Both the position numbers and the translations under genes were made by a program. From Eledone cirrhosa (Eukaryota), in the NCBI GenBank assembly GCA_964016885.1, contig OZ024757.1, forward strand, positions 20,522,001 to 20,586,000: a stretch of DNA of 64,000 nt, read 5' to 3'. Positions 12,287 through 26,016 of this stretch are shown one piece after another (positions within the stretch are counted from its first letter, which is position 1; each line of letters begins with the position of its first letter). The notes below the pieces were generated by a model that saw nothing but the letters and a program-made list of their open reading frames with translations, was not told the DNA's origin and did no database searches.

Positions 12287-12854
12287 CAATATATATATAT
12301 ATATATATATATCTATCTAAGGCGGGTAAAATTCCCGAGATCCATGGACGAGTTCTCTCCAGCGGTCTCTGTCCCTCATTATCGCTGCCATATCCTGCAT
12401 CTCCAACAGACCAGTGTCTGTCCTTAGGGCATCAACATATGTTAACCTTGGTCTTCCTCTTCTAGTGTGTCTTATATAAGTGTGTAATATCAATTTTATT
12501 GAAATAACTGCTTCTTTTCTGTCGCAAGTAAAATTTGGAACTGTCTGACCAGATCAAGTTAACCGATGCTCTTGCACTTTTACAAAATCAAAATAATATA
12601 AAAAAAAAAAAACGACCAAACAGAAAAATAAATAAATACCCCCCCCCCCCCCCTAAAAAAATAAAAAAAACAACAACAACAACAACAAAAATAACAATCC
12701 TTGTTACCAATAGTGATGTGAAAATACAATAATTGTAAAGAATCTTCAGTGTCCAGTGAGAAGGAGGCTGGTAAATGTCAGTGAAATGTCAATAAGACAC
12801 TACAGTGACATCTTAAAATGATATGTATTGATAGTTTTTGAAAGTCAGTGATGT

Positions 12855-12881
12855 TACTACTACTACTACTACTACTGATAT

Positions 12882-12920
<39 letters not shown>

Positions 12921-13268
12921 CAGTAGTGACACCACTACTACTACTGATATTACTACTACTACTACTACTACTACCAGTAGTGACACCACTACTACTACTG
13001 ATATTACTACTACTACTGATATTACTGATATTACTACTACTACTACTAATATTACTACTACTACTACTACTACTACTACTATTGATATTACTACCACTAC
13101 TACTACTACTACTACTACTGATATTACTACTACTACTGACACCACCACTACTACTACTACTGACACCACTACTACTACTACTACTACTACCAGTAGTGAC
13201 ACCACTACTACTACTGATATTACTACTACTACTGATATTACTGATATTACTACTACTACTACTAATAT

Positions 13269-13300
<32 letters not shown>

Positions 13301-13868
13301 TTGATATTACTACCACTACTACTACTACTACTGATATTACTACTACTACTGACACCACCACTACTACTACTACTGACACCACTACTACTACTACTACTAC
13401 TACACCACTACTACTACTATTGATATTACTACTACTACTGACACCACCACTACTACTACTACTGACACCACTACTACTACTACTGACACCACTACTACTA
13501 CTACTAGATATTACTACTACTACTACTACTGACACCACCACTACTACTACTACTGACACCACTACTACTACTACTAGATATTACTACTACTACTACTACT
13601 GACACCACCACTACTACTACTACTGACACCACCACTACTACTACTGACACCATTACTACTACTACTACTGATATTACTACTACTACTTCTACTGACACCA
13701 CCACTACTACTACTACTGATATTACTACTACTACTACTACTACTACCAGTAGTGACACCACTACTACTACTGATATTACTACTACTACTACTGATATTAC
13801 TACTACTACTTCTACTGACACCACTACTACTACTTTTACTGCTGCCGCTACTGCCAATACCACCACTA
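12855..13868. repeat. Complex (ACT)n-derived satellite
   Basis: actactact runs punctuated by gatatt and gacacc. Confidence 0.95.
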
Positions 13869-13877
13869 AGAATAATA

Positions 13878-15297
13878 ATGGTTTCTTATGTAGGCACAAG
13901 GCCAGCAATTTTGGGGGGAAGGGGAAAGTCGATTAAATCGACCCCAGTGCGTGACTGGTACTTTATTTTATCGACCCCGTAAGGATGAAAGGCAAAGTTA
14001 ACCTCGGCGGGATTTGAACTCAGATCGCAAAGGGCCGTAACTCTATGCTGCAAAGCGTGGCGTCCGACCCTCTACCGATACTGCCAATCCAGATAATAAT
14101 AATAATTGTTTCTACTTTAGGCACAAGGCCGGCAATTGTCCCAGTGCATTACTGGTACTTTATTTTATTGACCCCGGGAAGGATGAAAGGCAAAGTCAAC
14201 CTCGGCGGGATTTGAACTCAGACCGTAAAGGGACGTAACTCTATGCTGCAAAGCATGGCGTCCGATAATGATTTCATTTATTGGCCACAAGGGCTGACAT
14301 GGAGGGGACAATACAAAGACAGGGACAGTGGGGGGTTTACAATAAGGTCGAGTAAAAGTGCACAATGGCAAGACTAATTTAACAGTGAAGATATACAAAA
14401 TATAAAATTATAAATTCCCCTATCAGGGGTGGATGACTCAGGTACCCCACCAATCTTGAACCACTCTGCGCTTCTAGGGCACCCAGGGAGAGCACTCCTC
14501 TCCTGAAATTAGCGAGCCTATAGGCGCATTCATCCACCATTTAGAAAATGTACTGGGAGGGCAGCACTTCTCTCTCCACCCTCACCTTCCTTTCCAGGTG
14601 AAACTTGAAGAAGTTGATGAGGGATTGGCCGAAGAGAAAAGTGTCTGTCTTCAGTCCTTTCAACATGGTCCACCATACAACCTCTTTCGCAACTGCCACC
14701 AGACAGGGGAAAATTGCCTGCTCTCCCTGGCCAAAGGAAGGCGGTGGGTCGATCTTCACTATGGACTCGGCCGATAGCCGGATCCATTCCACACGCGACA
14801 GTAGCTGTTCGACATAACTCCACAAGTCAGTAATGCACGGACATTGGACAAGTGCGTGCAGAACAGTTTCGTCGCTCTGTGCGCATCTCGGGCAGGTCCA
14901 TCTGACAGCACTTCTGTGCCTATAGAGTTTATCCCGAACCGGCAGTACACTATTGGTCCTTTATTTTATCGACCCTGTAAGGATGAAATGCAAAGTTAAC
15001 CTCGGCGGGATATGAAATCAGAACGTAAAGGGCCATAACTCTATGCTGCAAAGCATGGTGTCCAGCGATCTACCGATACTACCAATCCACAACCCAATAA
15101 TAATAATAATAATTGTTTCTACTTTTGGCACAAGGCCAGCAATTACCCCAGTGCATTACTGGTACTTTATTTTATCGACCCCGTAAGGATGAAAGGCAAA
15201 GTTAACCTCAGCGGGATTTGAACTCAGACCGTAAAGGGACGTAACTATGCTGGAAAGCATGTCTGACCCTCTATCGATACTGCCAATTCACCGCCCT
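13878..15297 (-). mobile_element. Cluster of four co-oriented SINE A copies (13878-14092, 14104-14265, 14950-15096, 15110-15297) around a LINE fragment
   Basis: Repeated family A sequence separated by (TAA)n tails. Confidence 0.88.
14265..14950 (-). mobile_element. 3' fragment of an L1/Tx1-type LINE
   Basis: CCHC knuckle CPRCAQSDETVLHALVQC followed by WSYVEQLL...VVWW; 3' end cccttgtggccaataaa. Confidence 0.8.
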
Positions 15298-15361
15298 TAA
15301 TAATAATAGTGTATGAGAGTGATATCTTAAAATGATGTGTAATGATAGTTTTTGAAAGTCA

Positions 15362-15396
<35 letters not shown>

Positions 15397-15448
15397 ATAT
15401 TAGTGGGAGAAGTGATAATAAATGCACACTAAATACAATGGCTTTTAA

Positions 15449-17122
15449 CCCTTTAATGTTCAAACTGATGTTAAGGTATTGTTCTCAAAATAAATGCTTT
15501 CAAAATCTCATAGATTCGATATTATGTGAGATAATTATGTGAGGTAAAGCATTTACCATGAAAATATAATAGTATATATAGAGTAATGTGAATGTTATGT
15601 GAGATAATTATGTGAGGTAAAGCATTTACCATGAAAATATAATAGTATATATAGAGTAATGTAAATGTTATGTGAGATATTATGTGAGGTAAAGCCTTTA
15701 CCATGAAAATATAATAGTAAATAAAGAGTAATGTGAATATTATGTGAGATAATTATGTGAGGTAAAGCCTTTACCATAGAAATGCAATAGTATATATAGA
15801 GTAATGTGAATACTATGTGAGATATTATGTGAGGTAAAGCCTTTACTGTGAAAATATAATAGGATATATAGAGTAATGTAAATGTTATGTGAGGTATTAT
15901 GTGAGGTAAAGCCTTTACCATGAAAATATAATAGTATATATAGAGTAATGTAAATGTTATGTGAGATATTATGTGAGGTAAAGCCTTTACTGTGAAAATA
16001 TAATAGGATATATAGAGTAATGTGAATGTTATGTGAGATATTATGTGAGGTAAAGCCTTTACTGTGAAAATATAATAGTATATATAGAGTAATGTAAATG
16101 TTATGTGAGATATTATGTGAGGTAAAGCCTTTACCATGAAAATATAATAGTAAATAAAGAGTAATGTGAATATTATGTGAGATAATTATGTAAGGTAAAG
16201 CCTTTACCATGAATATACAATAGTATATATAGAGTAATGTGAATATTATGTGAGATAATTATGTGAGGTAAAGCCTTTACCATGAAAATATAATAGTATA
16301 TATAGAGTAATATGAATGTTATGTGAGATAATTATGTGAGGTAAAGCCTTTACCATGAAAATACAATAGTATATATAGAGTAATGTGAATACTATGTGAG
16401 ATATTATGTGAGGTAAAGCCTTTACTGTGAAAATATAATAGGATATATAGAGTAATGTAAATGTTATGTGAGGTATTATGTGAGGTAAAGCCTTTACCAT
16501 GAAAATATAATAGTATATATAGAGTAATGTAAATGTTATGTGAGATATTATGTGAGGTAAAGCCTTTACTGTGAAAATATAATAGGATATATAGAGTAAT
16601 GTGAATGTTATGTGAGATATTATGTGAGGTAAAGCCTTTACTGTGAAAATATAATAGTATATATAGAGTAATGTAAATGTTATGTGAGATATTATGTGAG
16701 GTAAAGCCTTTACCATGAAAATATAATAGTAAATAAAGAGTAATGTGAATATTATGTGAGATAATTATGTAAGGTAAAGCCTTTACCATGAATATACAAT
16801 AGTATATATAGAGTAATGTGAATATTATGTGAGATAATTATGTGAGGTAAAGCCTTTACCATGAAAATATAATAGTATATATAGAGTAATATGAATGTTA
16901 TGTGAGATAATTATGTGAGGTAAAGCCTTTACCATGAAAATACAATAGTATATATAGAGTAATGTGAATACTATGTGAGATATTATGTGAGGTAAAGCCT
17001 TTACTGTGAAAATATAATAGGATATATAGAGTAATGTAAATGTTATGCGAGATATTATGTGAGGTAAAGCCTTTACTGTGAAAATATAATAGTATATATA
17101 GTGTAATGTAAATGCTAAAGGG
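15449..17122. mobile_element. piggyBac-like MITE containing an amplified 72-73-bp tandem array (about 22 units, 15520-17112)
   Basis: TTAA|CCCTTTA...TAAAGGG|TTAA ends; an inverted sister copy with about 2 units lies at 18343-18560. Confidence 0.8.
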
Positions 17123-17518
17123 TTAAGTAACTACCAGATAGGTCAAGGTTATTTCTGTGCTTTCCTATCAACAATAACAAACATGAAATTATTATTGTTA
17201 ATAATATAATAACAACAACAAGAACAAACAATCAATTTCTAGGTGGGTTGGCAGAATAAGTGTGACATCATCCATTCTAGAAAACTAATAGTGAGGTGTT
17301 ACTCAACTAAATGTATTGCTATTAAAGGGGAGGAGTGAGGTTGAGAGAAGCAGTGAGGGTTTTGTTATTTAACGGTTCCAAACATATTAAGGGGTGGAGG
17401 GTTGGGCGAGGCTCCCATTCATAATATTCTTTTTCTGTTTTTTAAATTCAAATTTTGAAAAAAAAACAACAATCAGCAAGGACAGTGGTAGTGTGCTATA
17501 AGGCCCAGAAGGACTCAC

Positions 17519-17590
17519 CCATCACTTTTTGAAAGTTCCGTATTTTCAAATGATGGACAGTTGAAGTAGAAATCAGGATATAGGGAGAGC
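17519..17590 (-). CDS. Candidate 72-bp cassette exon of the NAV gene (LSLYPDFYFNCPSFENTELSKSDG)
   Basis: T-rich tract ending ttttacag, strong donor GG|gtgagt, length divisible by 3, and stop-free in the phase-2 frame required by the acceptor at 2022. Confidence 0.5.
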
Positions 17591-18342
17591 CTGTAAAATG
17601 TAACCATAGCAATGAAAAAAATAACAGAAACATTAACAAAAAAAAAAAAAAAAAAAAAAAAATGATGATGATGATGATGATGATAAAAAGAAATGTAAAC
17701 AGAAAAACATCAAAGATGGCCATGTTGTATTTGCTAAGATCTCTTCCAGACAGTGGACATGTGGTTTCAAAGATGAAACCATCAAATAAAATTAAGTAAA
17801 AAAAAAAAAAGGGAGGGGGGTATCTATATACATTCAAGATTTGGAGTTATCTATATTTCCACATCTGACAGACCAAGCAGATGTAATATAAATTCATGTT
17901 TTGCAGATCCAACAGATGTTATTTAAATTTACATCTGGCAGATCTAGCAGACGTTATTGAAATTTATATCTGGCTGATCAACTTAATATTTAAATATATA
18001 TCTAGCAGATGTTAAAATATATAATTAAATGTAAAATATATATATATATATGCCCGTCCCCTTATTTTATTTCTCATTCTTTCTTTTAGTGAAGGACTAG
18101 CATCCGAAATGTTAAGACCCTCTTCCTGCTATATCAAACGTTAACCTAATATATATACCTTCCATATACTGTACCGACTTCTGTTTACCTTTTATATATA
18201 TATATATATATAAAATTATTTGTCTCTCTGTCTGTTCCTATGTTGTCTCAAACGGTTGGACCAAATCAAATCAGATTTTACAAGGTAATAGTATTAGACC
18301 CCGGGAGTGTTGACATGCAATTTTCATTTTCATTTGGATTAA

Positions 18343-18560
18343 CCCTTTAGCATTCGCATTACTCTATATATACTATTGTATATTCATGGTAAAGGCTTTA
18401 CCTCACATAATACCTCACATAACATCTACATTACTCTATATATACTATTGTATATTCATGGTAAAGGCTTTACCTCACATAATTATCTCACATAATATCG
18501 AATCTATCAGATTTTGAAAGTATTTATTTTGAGAACAATACCTTAACATCAGTTTGAGCG
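18343..18560. mobile_element. Truncated inverted copy of the piggyBac-like MITE
   Basis: ttaaccctttagcatt... is the reverse complement of 15456-17126 with only about 2 repeat units. Confidence 0.8.
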
Positions 18561-19378
18561 ACCAGTTACAGCCAGTTTCAACAAAAAGAGGTAGAGAATT
18601 CTGGCCGGTTTTGATCAGAAAAAGGAGGCCTGGAAATGTCATTATGAGAGACTGATGAATGTGGAGAACGAATGGGAGAGAGAGAAATTACCTCCAGTAG
18701 ATCCGACAGAGGGACCAGCTATTGAGATTGACGAATATAGGGTCCAAGAGGCGATTAAGGAAATGAAAAATGGTAAGGCCGCTGGACCGTCGGGGATAGT
18801 TGCTGAGATGCTGAAGGCATCAGGGGACGTACGCACTAAACTGGTTGCACATATCATCAATCAGGCTATATATGGTGGTGTCATACCTAAAGACTGGTGC
18901 AGCAGTATTCTCATAAATTGCTACAAAGGTAAAGGAGATGCTCTGGAGAGGAGCAATTATAGGGGTATAAAACTGATGGATCAGGTTATGAAAGTGGCAG
19001 AAAGGATATTAGCGCAACTAATTAGAGAAAGGGTCAAACTAGATGAGATCTAGTTTGGTTCTGTGTCTGGGAAAAATACAACAGATACCCTCTTCTTAGT
19101 GAGACAATTACAAGAGAGGTTTTTAGAGAAGAAACCACTATACTTAACTTTTGTTGACCTAGAGAAGGCCTTTGATAGGGTAACCCTATCTGTCAACTGA
19201 TAGTCCCTAATGAAGCTAGGTGTTGAGGAATGGCTTGTGAGGACAGTGCAAACTTTGTACAGAGGTGCTGTCAGTAAAGTGAGGGTAGGAATGGAGTTTA
19301 GTGAGGAATTCCAGATACAAGTAGGAGTACATCAGGGTTTGGTCCTCAGCCCGCTCTTGTTTATTATAGTCCTCCACA
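18561..19378 (+). mobile_element. Internal RT fragment of an RTE-clade LINE
   Basis: MKNGKAAGPSGIVAEMLKA...YKGKGDALERSNYRGIKL, FVDLEKAFDRV, VGVHQGLVLSPLLF; premature stops. Confidence 0.92.
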
Positions 19379-19669
19379 CAGATTTCTACCACAAAATGGT
19401 CAGCAGGGATCTGTTTGTGCAATAATATGTACGTCCCGTTCTTACCCTGGTTACTGTACTTTCAGAGCACCTACTTCTGCCACTAATTCAGTCACCTAGG
19501 AAACAGAAGCTGTCTACTGTTTCTACCAAACCCTCCCAGTGCTTGTTTCCTGTGGTCGTTTGCTGCTTACTGTTCCGGTGCAACTGCTACATGTAAAGCC
19601 TACATTCTTAGCTAAACTTCCTGAGATCCCACTACATCTTTTGTGTACCTATATGTAAACTATGTGGGC

Positions 19670-19872
19670 GCCATGGTAAAAAGCACCCAGTACTCACTGT
19701 AAATGAGGTTGGTGTTAGGAAGGGCATCCAGCTGCAGAAACCAAGCCAAAATCAATTCTGTATAAGCAAGACATGGTCACCTGGTCACCCGACCTGGCAT
19801 TGCCCACAACAGGACAACTTGTCTAACCCATGCTAGCGTGGAAAAATGGACATAAAACGGTGATGATGATGA
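19670..19872 (+). mobile_element. 3' part of a SINE B tail variant
   Basis: ggtgttaggaagggcatccagc...cccatgctagcgtggaa...(tga)n. Confidence 0.8.
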
Positions 19873-20137
19873 TATACATTATATATATATATATATATAT
19901 TGGATGAGTATTTTAAACTTTATTTTATTCTGAGTTAAGGCTCTATTGATTTTTCCCTGGATTTCACCAAATTCTGTGGATGAATCTATATCCTAATTCT
20001 TTTTGAATTGAGTTTGAATTATTTTCCCCATCTTACGTTAACTATTTTTCCATTTTGACGCTATAGTCACTTATATATTATGGAATACTGTTGGCTTCTT
20101 GCTACAATGGTTTCTATGCTTTTCATTTATATATATA

Positions 20138-20482
20138 TGGAGGCACATGGCTTAGTGGTTAGAGCATTGGCCTTGCAATCGAAAGGTTGTGAATTCAATT
20201 CTCAGACCGGGTGATGTGTTGTTTCCTTGAGCAAGACACTTTATTTCACATTGCTCCAGTTTACTCAGCTGTAGAAATGAGATGATAGGGACTGGGGTCC
20301 CTATCATTCCACTGCAAAGTAGTCGTGGAGGTGCCACGGCAAAAAAGCACCCAGCACTCACTGTAAATGAGGTTGGTGTTAGGAAGGGCATCCAGCTGCA
20401 GAAATCAAGCCAGAATCAGTTCCCGTCCCACCCTTGCAAGCAGGGAAAAGCGGAGGTAAAATGATGATGAAAATGATGATGA
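20138..20482 (+). mobile_element. SINE family B, full length
   Basis: A/B boxes, CORE-like body, RTE-type tail. Confidence 0.9.
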
Positions 20483-20877
20483 TATATATATATATATATA
20501 TACGGGATAACAGGTTATCGTTATGGCAGTCCAGTTGGAGTAGTTTGTGTAGTAGATAGTATTAACGTGTGGCTTAGTTTGACTCAACAAGACGTTTCCA
20601 TAGTGATGCTGCGAGTTCGCGGTGATTTCTATGTAGTTTATACTTGGAGTAATAATAATTCAAGAAAGAAGAGTGACACGGTTTGCTATACAATAAGGGC
20701 TTTAATCACATTGCTGACAATTGTTTCTTTCACCTGGCAGGTCTAGAGTTCGCTATACGCCTGATTTTGCGTGAATCGATCTCCAATACTTTGTTTATAA
20801 CCAGTCTTTTTCATCGGAGCGGGTGAAAAAAAAAATATATGTATATATAATGTAAATGTGTGTGTATATATATATAA

Positions 20878-21075
20878 TAATGATAATGATTTCTTTATTA
20901 ACCACAAGGGCTTACATAAAGTAGACATTAAGGACAGTGCAGGACAATACAGGACGGTACAAATGGGCATTTCTGCGTGTAAAAAAACAAAAACAGAGGA
21001 TATAACAAAAATAACAATGAAAAATTCCCCAATAGGGGGGAGACTTCGGAGGGACATTTGTGGCGTCTTTTAAAA
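20878..21075 (-). mobile_element. Probable 3' UTR end of an L1/Tx1-type LINE; similar ends at about 47280-47435 and 55255-55320
   Basis: cccttgtggttaataaagaaatcattatc resembles the 3' end at 14265-14295. Confidence 0.55.
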
Positions 21076-21124
21076 ACCATATACACACACCTAGAGGACA
21101 TTCAGGTACACCCACAAACACATC

Positions 21125-21340
21125 ACATTTCTGATTTAGGCACAAGGCTAACAATTGGGAGGAGGGGAGTCGACCAAATTGACCCCCAGTGCATCACTGG
21201 TACTTTATTATATCCAACCCCGTAACGATGAAAGACAAAACTAATCTCGGTGGGATTTGAACTCAGACTGTAAAGAGACATAACTCTATTCTGTATACCA
21301 TGTTGTCTGACATTCTATCAATACAGCCAAACCAGCATCC
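21125..21340 (-). mobile_element. Diverged SINE A copy
   Basis: Similarity to family A. Confidence 0.8.
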
Positions 21341-21761
21341 TTCACAAACACCATATTAAAGCCACTTAGACACAAACACATATACTTATTAAAAAAAACT
21401 ACATACACACACGCACACGCACACATAAAATAATATAATAATAAAATTTACAAAATCCAACAGCTGTTATATAGCAAAACTTCAAATGCTGATTTAAACC
21501 TCATTTTAAGACAGGAAACATTACATTAGTCACCTGTAGAAGGTTCTCTACTGCCATTTACCATTCTATATCAATAGATTTCACTGATAAAAATGCCATG
21601 AAACAAGAAATACAAATATAAATAATTTACATGAAACTCTGGAATTTTCTGACGAATGATGTGGTGTGTGGTGTGATATGATAGAAAAAATATCGTTTTC
21701 TTTCATCGCCTTACTCTTCTTCCTGTTCAGGAAGACATGTTTGTTATTTTCATTTTCGTGT

Positions 21762-22102
21762 GGAGCTGCATGGCTTAGTGGTTAGAGCATTGGGCTTGCA
21801 ATCGAAAGGTTGTGAGTTCAATTCTCAGACCGGGTGATGTGTTGTTTCCTTGAGCAAGACACTTTATTTCACATTGCTCCAGTTTACTCAGCTGTAGAAA
21901 TGAGATGATAGGGACTGGGGTCCATATCATTCCACTGCAAAGTGGTCGTGGAGGTGCCACAGCAAAAAAAAGCACCCAGCACTCACTGTAAATGAGGTTG
22001 GTGTTAGGAAGGGCATCCAGCTGTAGAAATCAAGCCAGAATATCAGTTCCCGTCCCACCCTTGCAAGCAGGGGAAAAGCGGAGGTATGATGATGATGATG
22101 AT
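21762..22102 (+). mobile_element. SINE family B, full length
   Basis: Near-identical to 20138-20482. Confidence 0.9.
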
Positions 22103-22488
22103 GTCTGCTTTCCTCTGCTGCCTGAAATTAGTTTTGTGGCAATGAACAACAGCTGGATGCATTTTATTGTGGCACCAGCACTACCACACTACTGAGTGTA
22201 CTGGGTGTTTTTTATTGTGGCACTATCACTTTACCCAGTGTACAAGATGTATTTCATTATGGCACCAACATTAACAAGGTCTTTGACAACACCGAAGGGT
22301 CTTCCCTACTCTATATTGACTTGACTTCTATGGCCCAATCCATGCCAGCATGGAAGAACAGAAGTTAGATGATGTTTATGATGATGATATTTGAAAGTAT
22401 ATTTTGCTTTGAAGAGATATCATTACTCATTATAATAATTCGATTAATTTTGAAATTAATCAAGAATTTGGAAGGATTTAAAGATATA

Positions 22489-23030
22489 CCATATACACTC
22501 GAATATAAACTGACCCCATTATTTTTTGCCTTTCATCCTTACGGGGTCGATAAAATAAAGTACTGGGAAATTGCTGGCCTTGTGCTTAAAGTAGAAACAA
22601 TTATTTTATGTCTGAGAAACAGGCAAATGTCCACACCTTATTTATTTGGGGACTGCTGCCACCACAACTACCACCACCATAGCACCAACCTCTGTCTGGG
22701 AATGCCGCAACTGCCACCACCAACCTACCACCAACCATTGTCCACTACCAAACCCTCTCTGCGACTGCCACCACCACCACCACAGCACCAACCAATCTGG
22801 GATTGCCACCACCACTACCACCCTATCACCAACCTGTCTGTGACTGCCAACACTACCACCGCCACTACCAACCACTTCACCCCCACCACACCCCCAACCC
22901 CATTCTGCCACCACCACCAGAATTTCAAGTTGGTGAAAATTGTCAAAATATTAAACCCAAATATAAATCGATCCCCTTCTACCATGGATTTTTGGTACAT
23001 ATTCCTTGGTTTATATTCGAGTATGTACAG
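22489..23030. mobile_element. pogo/Tigger-like MITE with an internal SINE A fragment and (CCA)n-rich filler
   Basis: Terminal inverted repeats ccatatacactcgaatataaac / gtttatattcgagtatgtacag, preceded by TA. Confidence 0.65.
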
Positions 23031-23741
23031 TTACTATTAAAAAAAAAATTAAGCTGGTGTTTGAGATATATTTTGAGTACCAAAATGATATTTTGACATC
23101 ACCATTTCAAGAAATTATTCTCGGTATAGCTGGCTAGAACTACATTACACCTATTACTAACATTTAATGGGTCCAACAACAGACTATGAAACTGTCAAAT
23201 ATTTCTTCAATAATCTTCAATGAATGGGTACTGTATTAATTTAATTAGTATTTTTCAATCTAGCTAACTTGGTCATTTGCAATACAAACACTTATATACT
23301 TGTATTAGTGTTTATCATATATTCATTTGTATATATATATATATATATATTAAACAATCATATAATAGACATCACCACCTGGCCTGTTTTCCTCTATTCT
23401 CCCTTCTTACCTATTCTATGCTTCAGTGTCCTCCAACTTTGTTAGCCTGTTTAACTACAGCCCTCATTATTCTCTTTGATTTTACTATTTCTCTACTTTC
23501 TTTATTTTTTCCCCTCCTTTGGCTAAGCCATTGCACACACTATATTTGTGTAGTTTACCTAAAGGTAACTACCTGTTTTGTTTTGTCTCAATGTGCACTG
23601 GAATGAATGGTATCATCCATAATGATCCGAAACCATAGTCATTTCCAGAGGTTGACTGAGGAGATGGGAATGTCTGCCTTTCCATTGTTTTTTTCATTGT
23701 CTTTATCCTGTGCACAGCTACTTTGAATACACACACACACA

Positions 23742-23930
23742 CAGAGTAGAAGGAAGACGCAGTAGAGGAAGACCACGAAAAACATGGGTGGAGGTGGTGA
23801 GAGTGGACCTCAGATCGCTGAAGCTCACGGAGGAGATGACAAAGGATCGTGACAGGTGGAGAGATGCTGTGCTGAAGTGGACCCAACCCACCCTTGCAAG
23901 CAGGGAAAAGCGGACATAAAATGATGATGG
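23742..23930 (+). mobile_element. 3' end of an RTE LINE
   Basis: VEGRRSRGRPRKTWVEVVRVDL...DRDRWRDAV, then cccacccttgcaagcagggaaaagcggacataaaatgatgatg. Confidence 0.88.
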
Positions 23931-23934
23931 TCGT

Positions 23935-24200
23935 GAAGGTGGTCGTGGAGGTGCCACGGCAAAAAAGGACCCAGCCCACACTGTAAAGTGGACGTGTAGG
24001 CGCCACGAAAAAGCACCCAGCACTCACTGTAAATGAGGTTGGTGTTAGGAAGGGCATCCAGCTGTAGAAATCAAGCCAAATCAGTTCCTGTATGAGCAAG
24101 ACATGGTCAGCCGACCAGACACTGCACACAACAGGACAACCCGTCTAACCCATGCTAGCGTGGAAGAACGGACGTAAAACGGTGATGATGATGATGATGA
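23935..24200 (+). mobile_element. 5'-truncated SINE B variant; another truncated copy at 24525-24680
   Basis: Matches the family B 3' half. Confidence 0.85.
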
Positions 24201-24203
24201 TAT

Positions 24204-24484
24204 CAGGGGCAAAGGGTCCGTGCATGCAGTGCATGCGTTATAGAATCTTGAGTCGATCAATTGCGTCGGTTGAAGCAAGCAGAATTTTGACTGCTTACTA
24301 AATCGTAGACACATAAAAAGATAACACACACACACTACCACACTACACACTAGTTAACACTACATGCGGCTTTGACCGGGAGGGTCATTTAGAGGGAATG
24401 AGGGGGGGGGGGGCTGCACATCCCCACTTTCCGCCATGGCGATTGGACTGCATGCCCTGCTTTCCAGGTTACCCTTCGCCACTG
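24204..24484. mobile_element. Small MITE with hAT-like ends
   Basis: Imperfect TIRs caggggcaaaggg / cccttcgccactg. Confidence 0.5.
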
Positions 24485-25194
24485 ATATATATATATATAT
24501 ATATATATAATACATACATTCATAAAGTGGACGTGTAGGTGCCACAGCAAAAAAGGCACCCAGCACTCACTGTAAATGAGGTTGGTGTTAGGAAGAGCAT
24601 CCAGATGTAGAAATCAAGCCAGAATCAGTTCCCGTCCCACCCTTGCAAGCAGGGAAAAGCAGACGTAAAATGATGATGATTGATTCATGTATACATCGCT
24701 TTTTCAGAGCATCAATGCTAATACCTAATTTTTGCTGGACCGGCAATTGCTCTGTATAATCAGCTCCTGATTATTACTGGAATTCTATACGAATCCAATT
24801 TCTAAAATTTTTGGCAGAAGCAGAGGAGTGTGTAGTTTTGATAAACGCCAAACAGCGAGAAACAGACTGTTAGCTTCTCTCCCTTCTTTTGCCGAAAATA
24901 AGTAAGTGACATAGTGACTACTATAAGACTGATAGCAAATGGTCTTCTAAATGTTTTTAATTAAACATATGGTATATTGCCAAATATACTATACATACAT
25001 TCATGTGTTATAATTTATGGAGAACGACTCTGCATTTCAATATTACTCAATGTAAAATGTAATGCATGAAAAATTGGAAAACATTATTTTTTGTAATATA
25101 TCAAATCAAAATTACGTTATAAAATCTTATTCTTATTTTGTTTCTTGTAAATAATTAAAAAAAAATTATCAATTCAAAACTTTTATGAATAGGC

Positions 25195-25595
25195 ATCATA
25201 TCTTGTCATTTACCTTTGGTTTAAATTTCATATAAATCAAAGGGAAACATTTTTCAGCGGGGGTTTGTGCCCCCGGGAACTCTAATAGGGAGTTTAACCC
25301 CCATTAGTGTGTCTTAATATAATTGAAATTTGCTGAAATTTTGTGAATCGAATCATATCTTGTCATTTACCTTTGGTTTAAATTTCATATAAATCAAAGG
25401 GAAACATTTTTCAGCAGGGGTTTGTGCCCCCGGGAACTCTAATAGGGGGTTTAACCCCCATTAGTGTGTCTTAATATAATTGAAATTTGCTGAAATTTTG
25501 TGAATCGCATCATATCTTGTCATTTATCTATGGTTTAAATTTCATATAAATCGAAGGGAAAAAGTTTCAGTGGGGGTTTATGCCCCCGGGAAACC
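25195..25595. repeat. 157-bp tandem repeat, about 2.5 copies
   Basis: atcatatcttgtcattta recurs at 25195, 25352 and 25509. Confidence 0.9.
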
Positions 25596-25877
25596 CGTTA
25601 TTTAGATTGAAATATATTGATCCAAGTACCCTGGGCAATGTAGTTTCAGAATATATATGGTTATGGGGGTCTATCTCCAAAACCATAGGAGAAGTTTGTG
25701 AACAAACAAACAGGAATACAACTTTATATATATATTATATATATATGTGTGAGTGTGTATGTATATATTATATATATATATATATATATGTGTGTGTATA
25801 TATGTATATATTATATACATGTGTGTGTGTATATATGTATATATTATATATGTGTGTGTGTGTGTGTATGTATGCAT

Positions 25878-25912
<35 letters not shown>

Positions 25913-25972
25913 TCACATCATACATATATACATACATAGACATACAAATGCATTCATTTACAAACACATCTG

Positions 25973-26016
<44 letters not shown>

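Noticed and set aside
12838-13602. Thr-rich mucin-like ORF
   Set aside because: Translation of an (ACT)n satellite; no supporting gene structure.
20138-20212. tRNA gene
   Set aside because: tRNA-like head of a multi-copy SINE that continues into a CORE-like body; no clean cloverleaf is evident.
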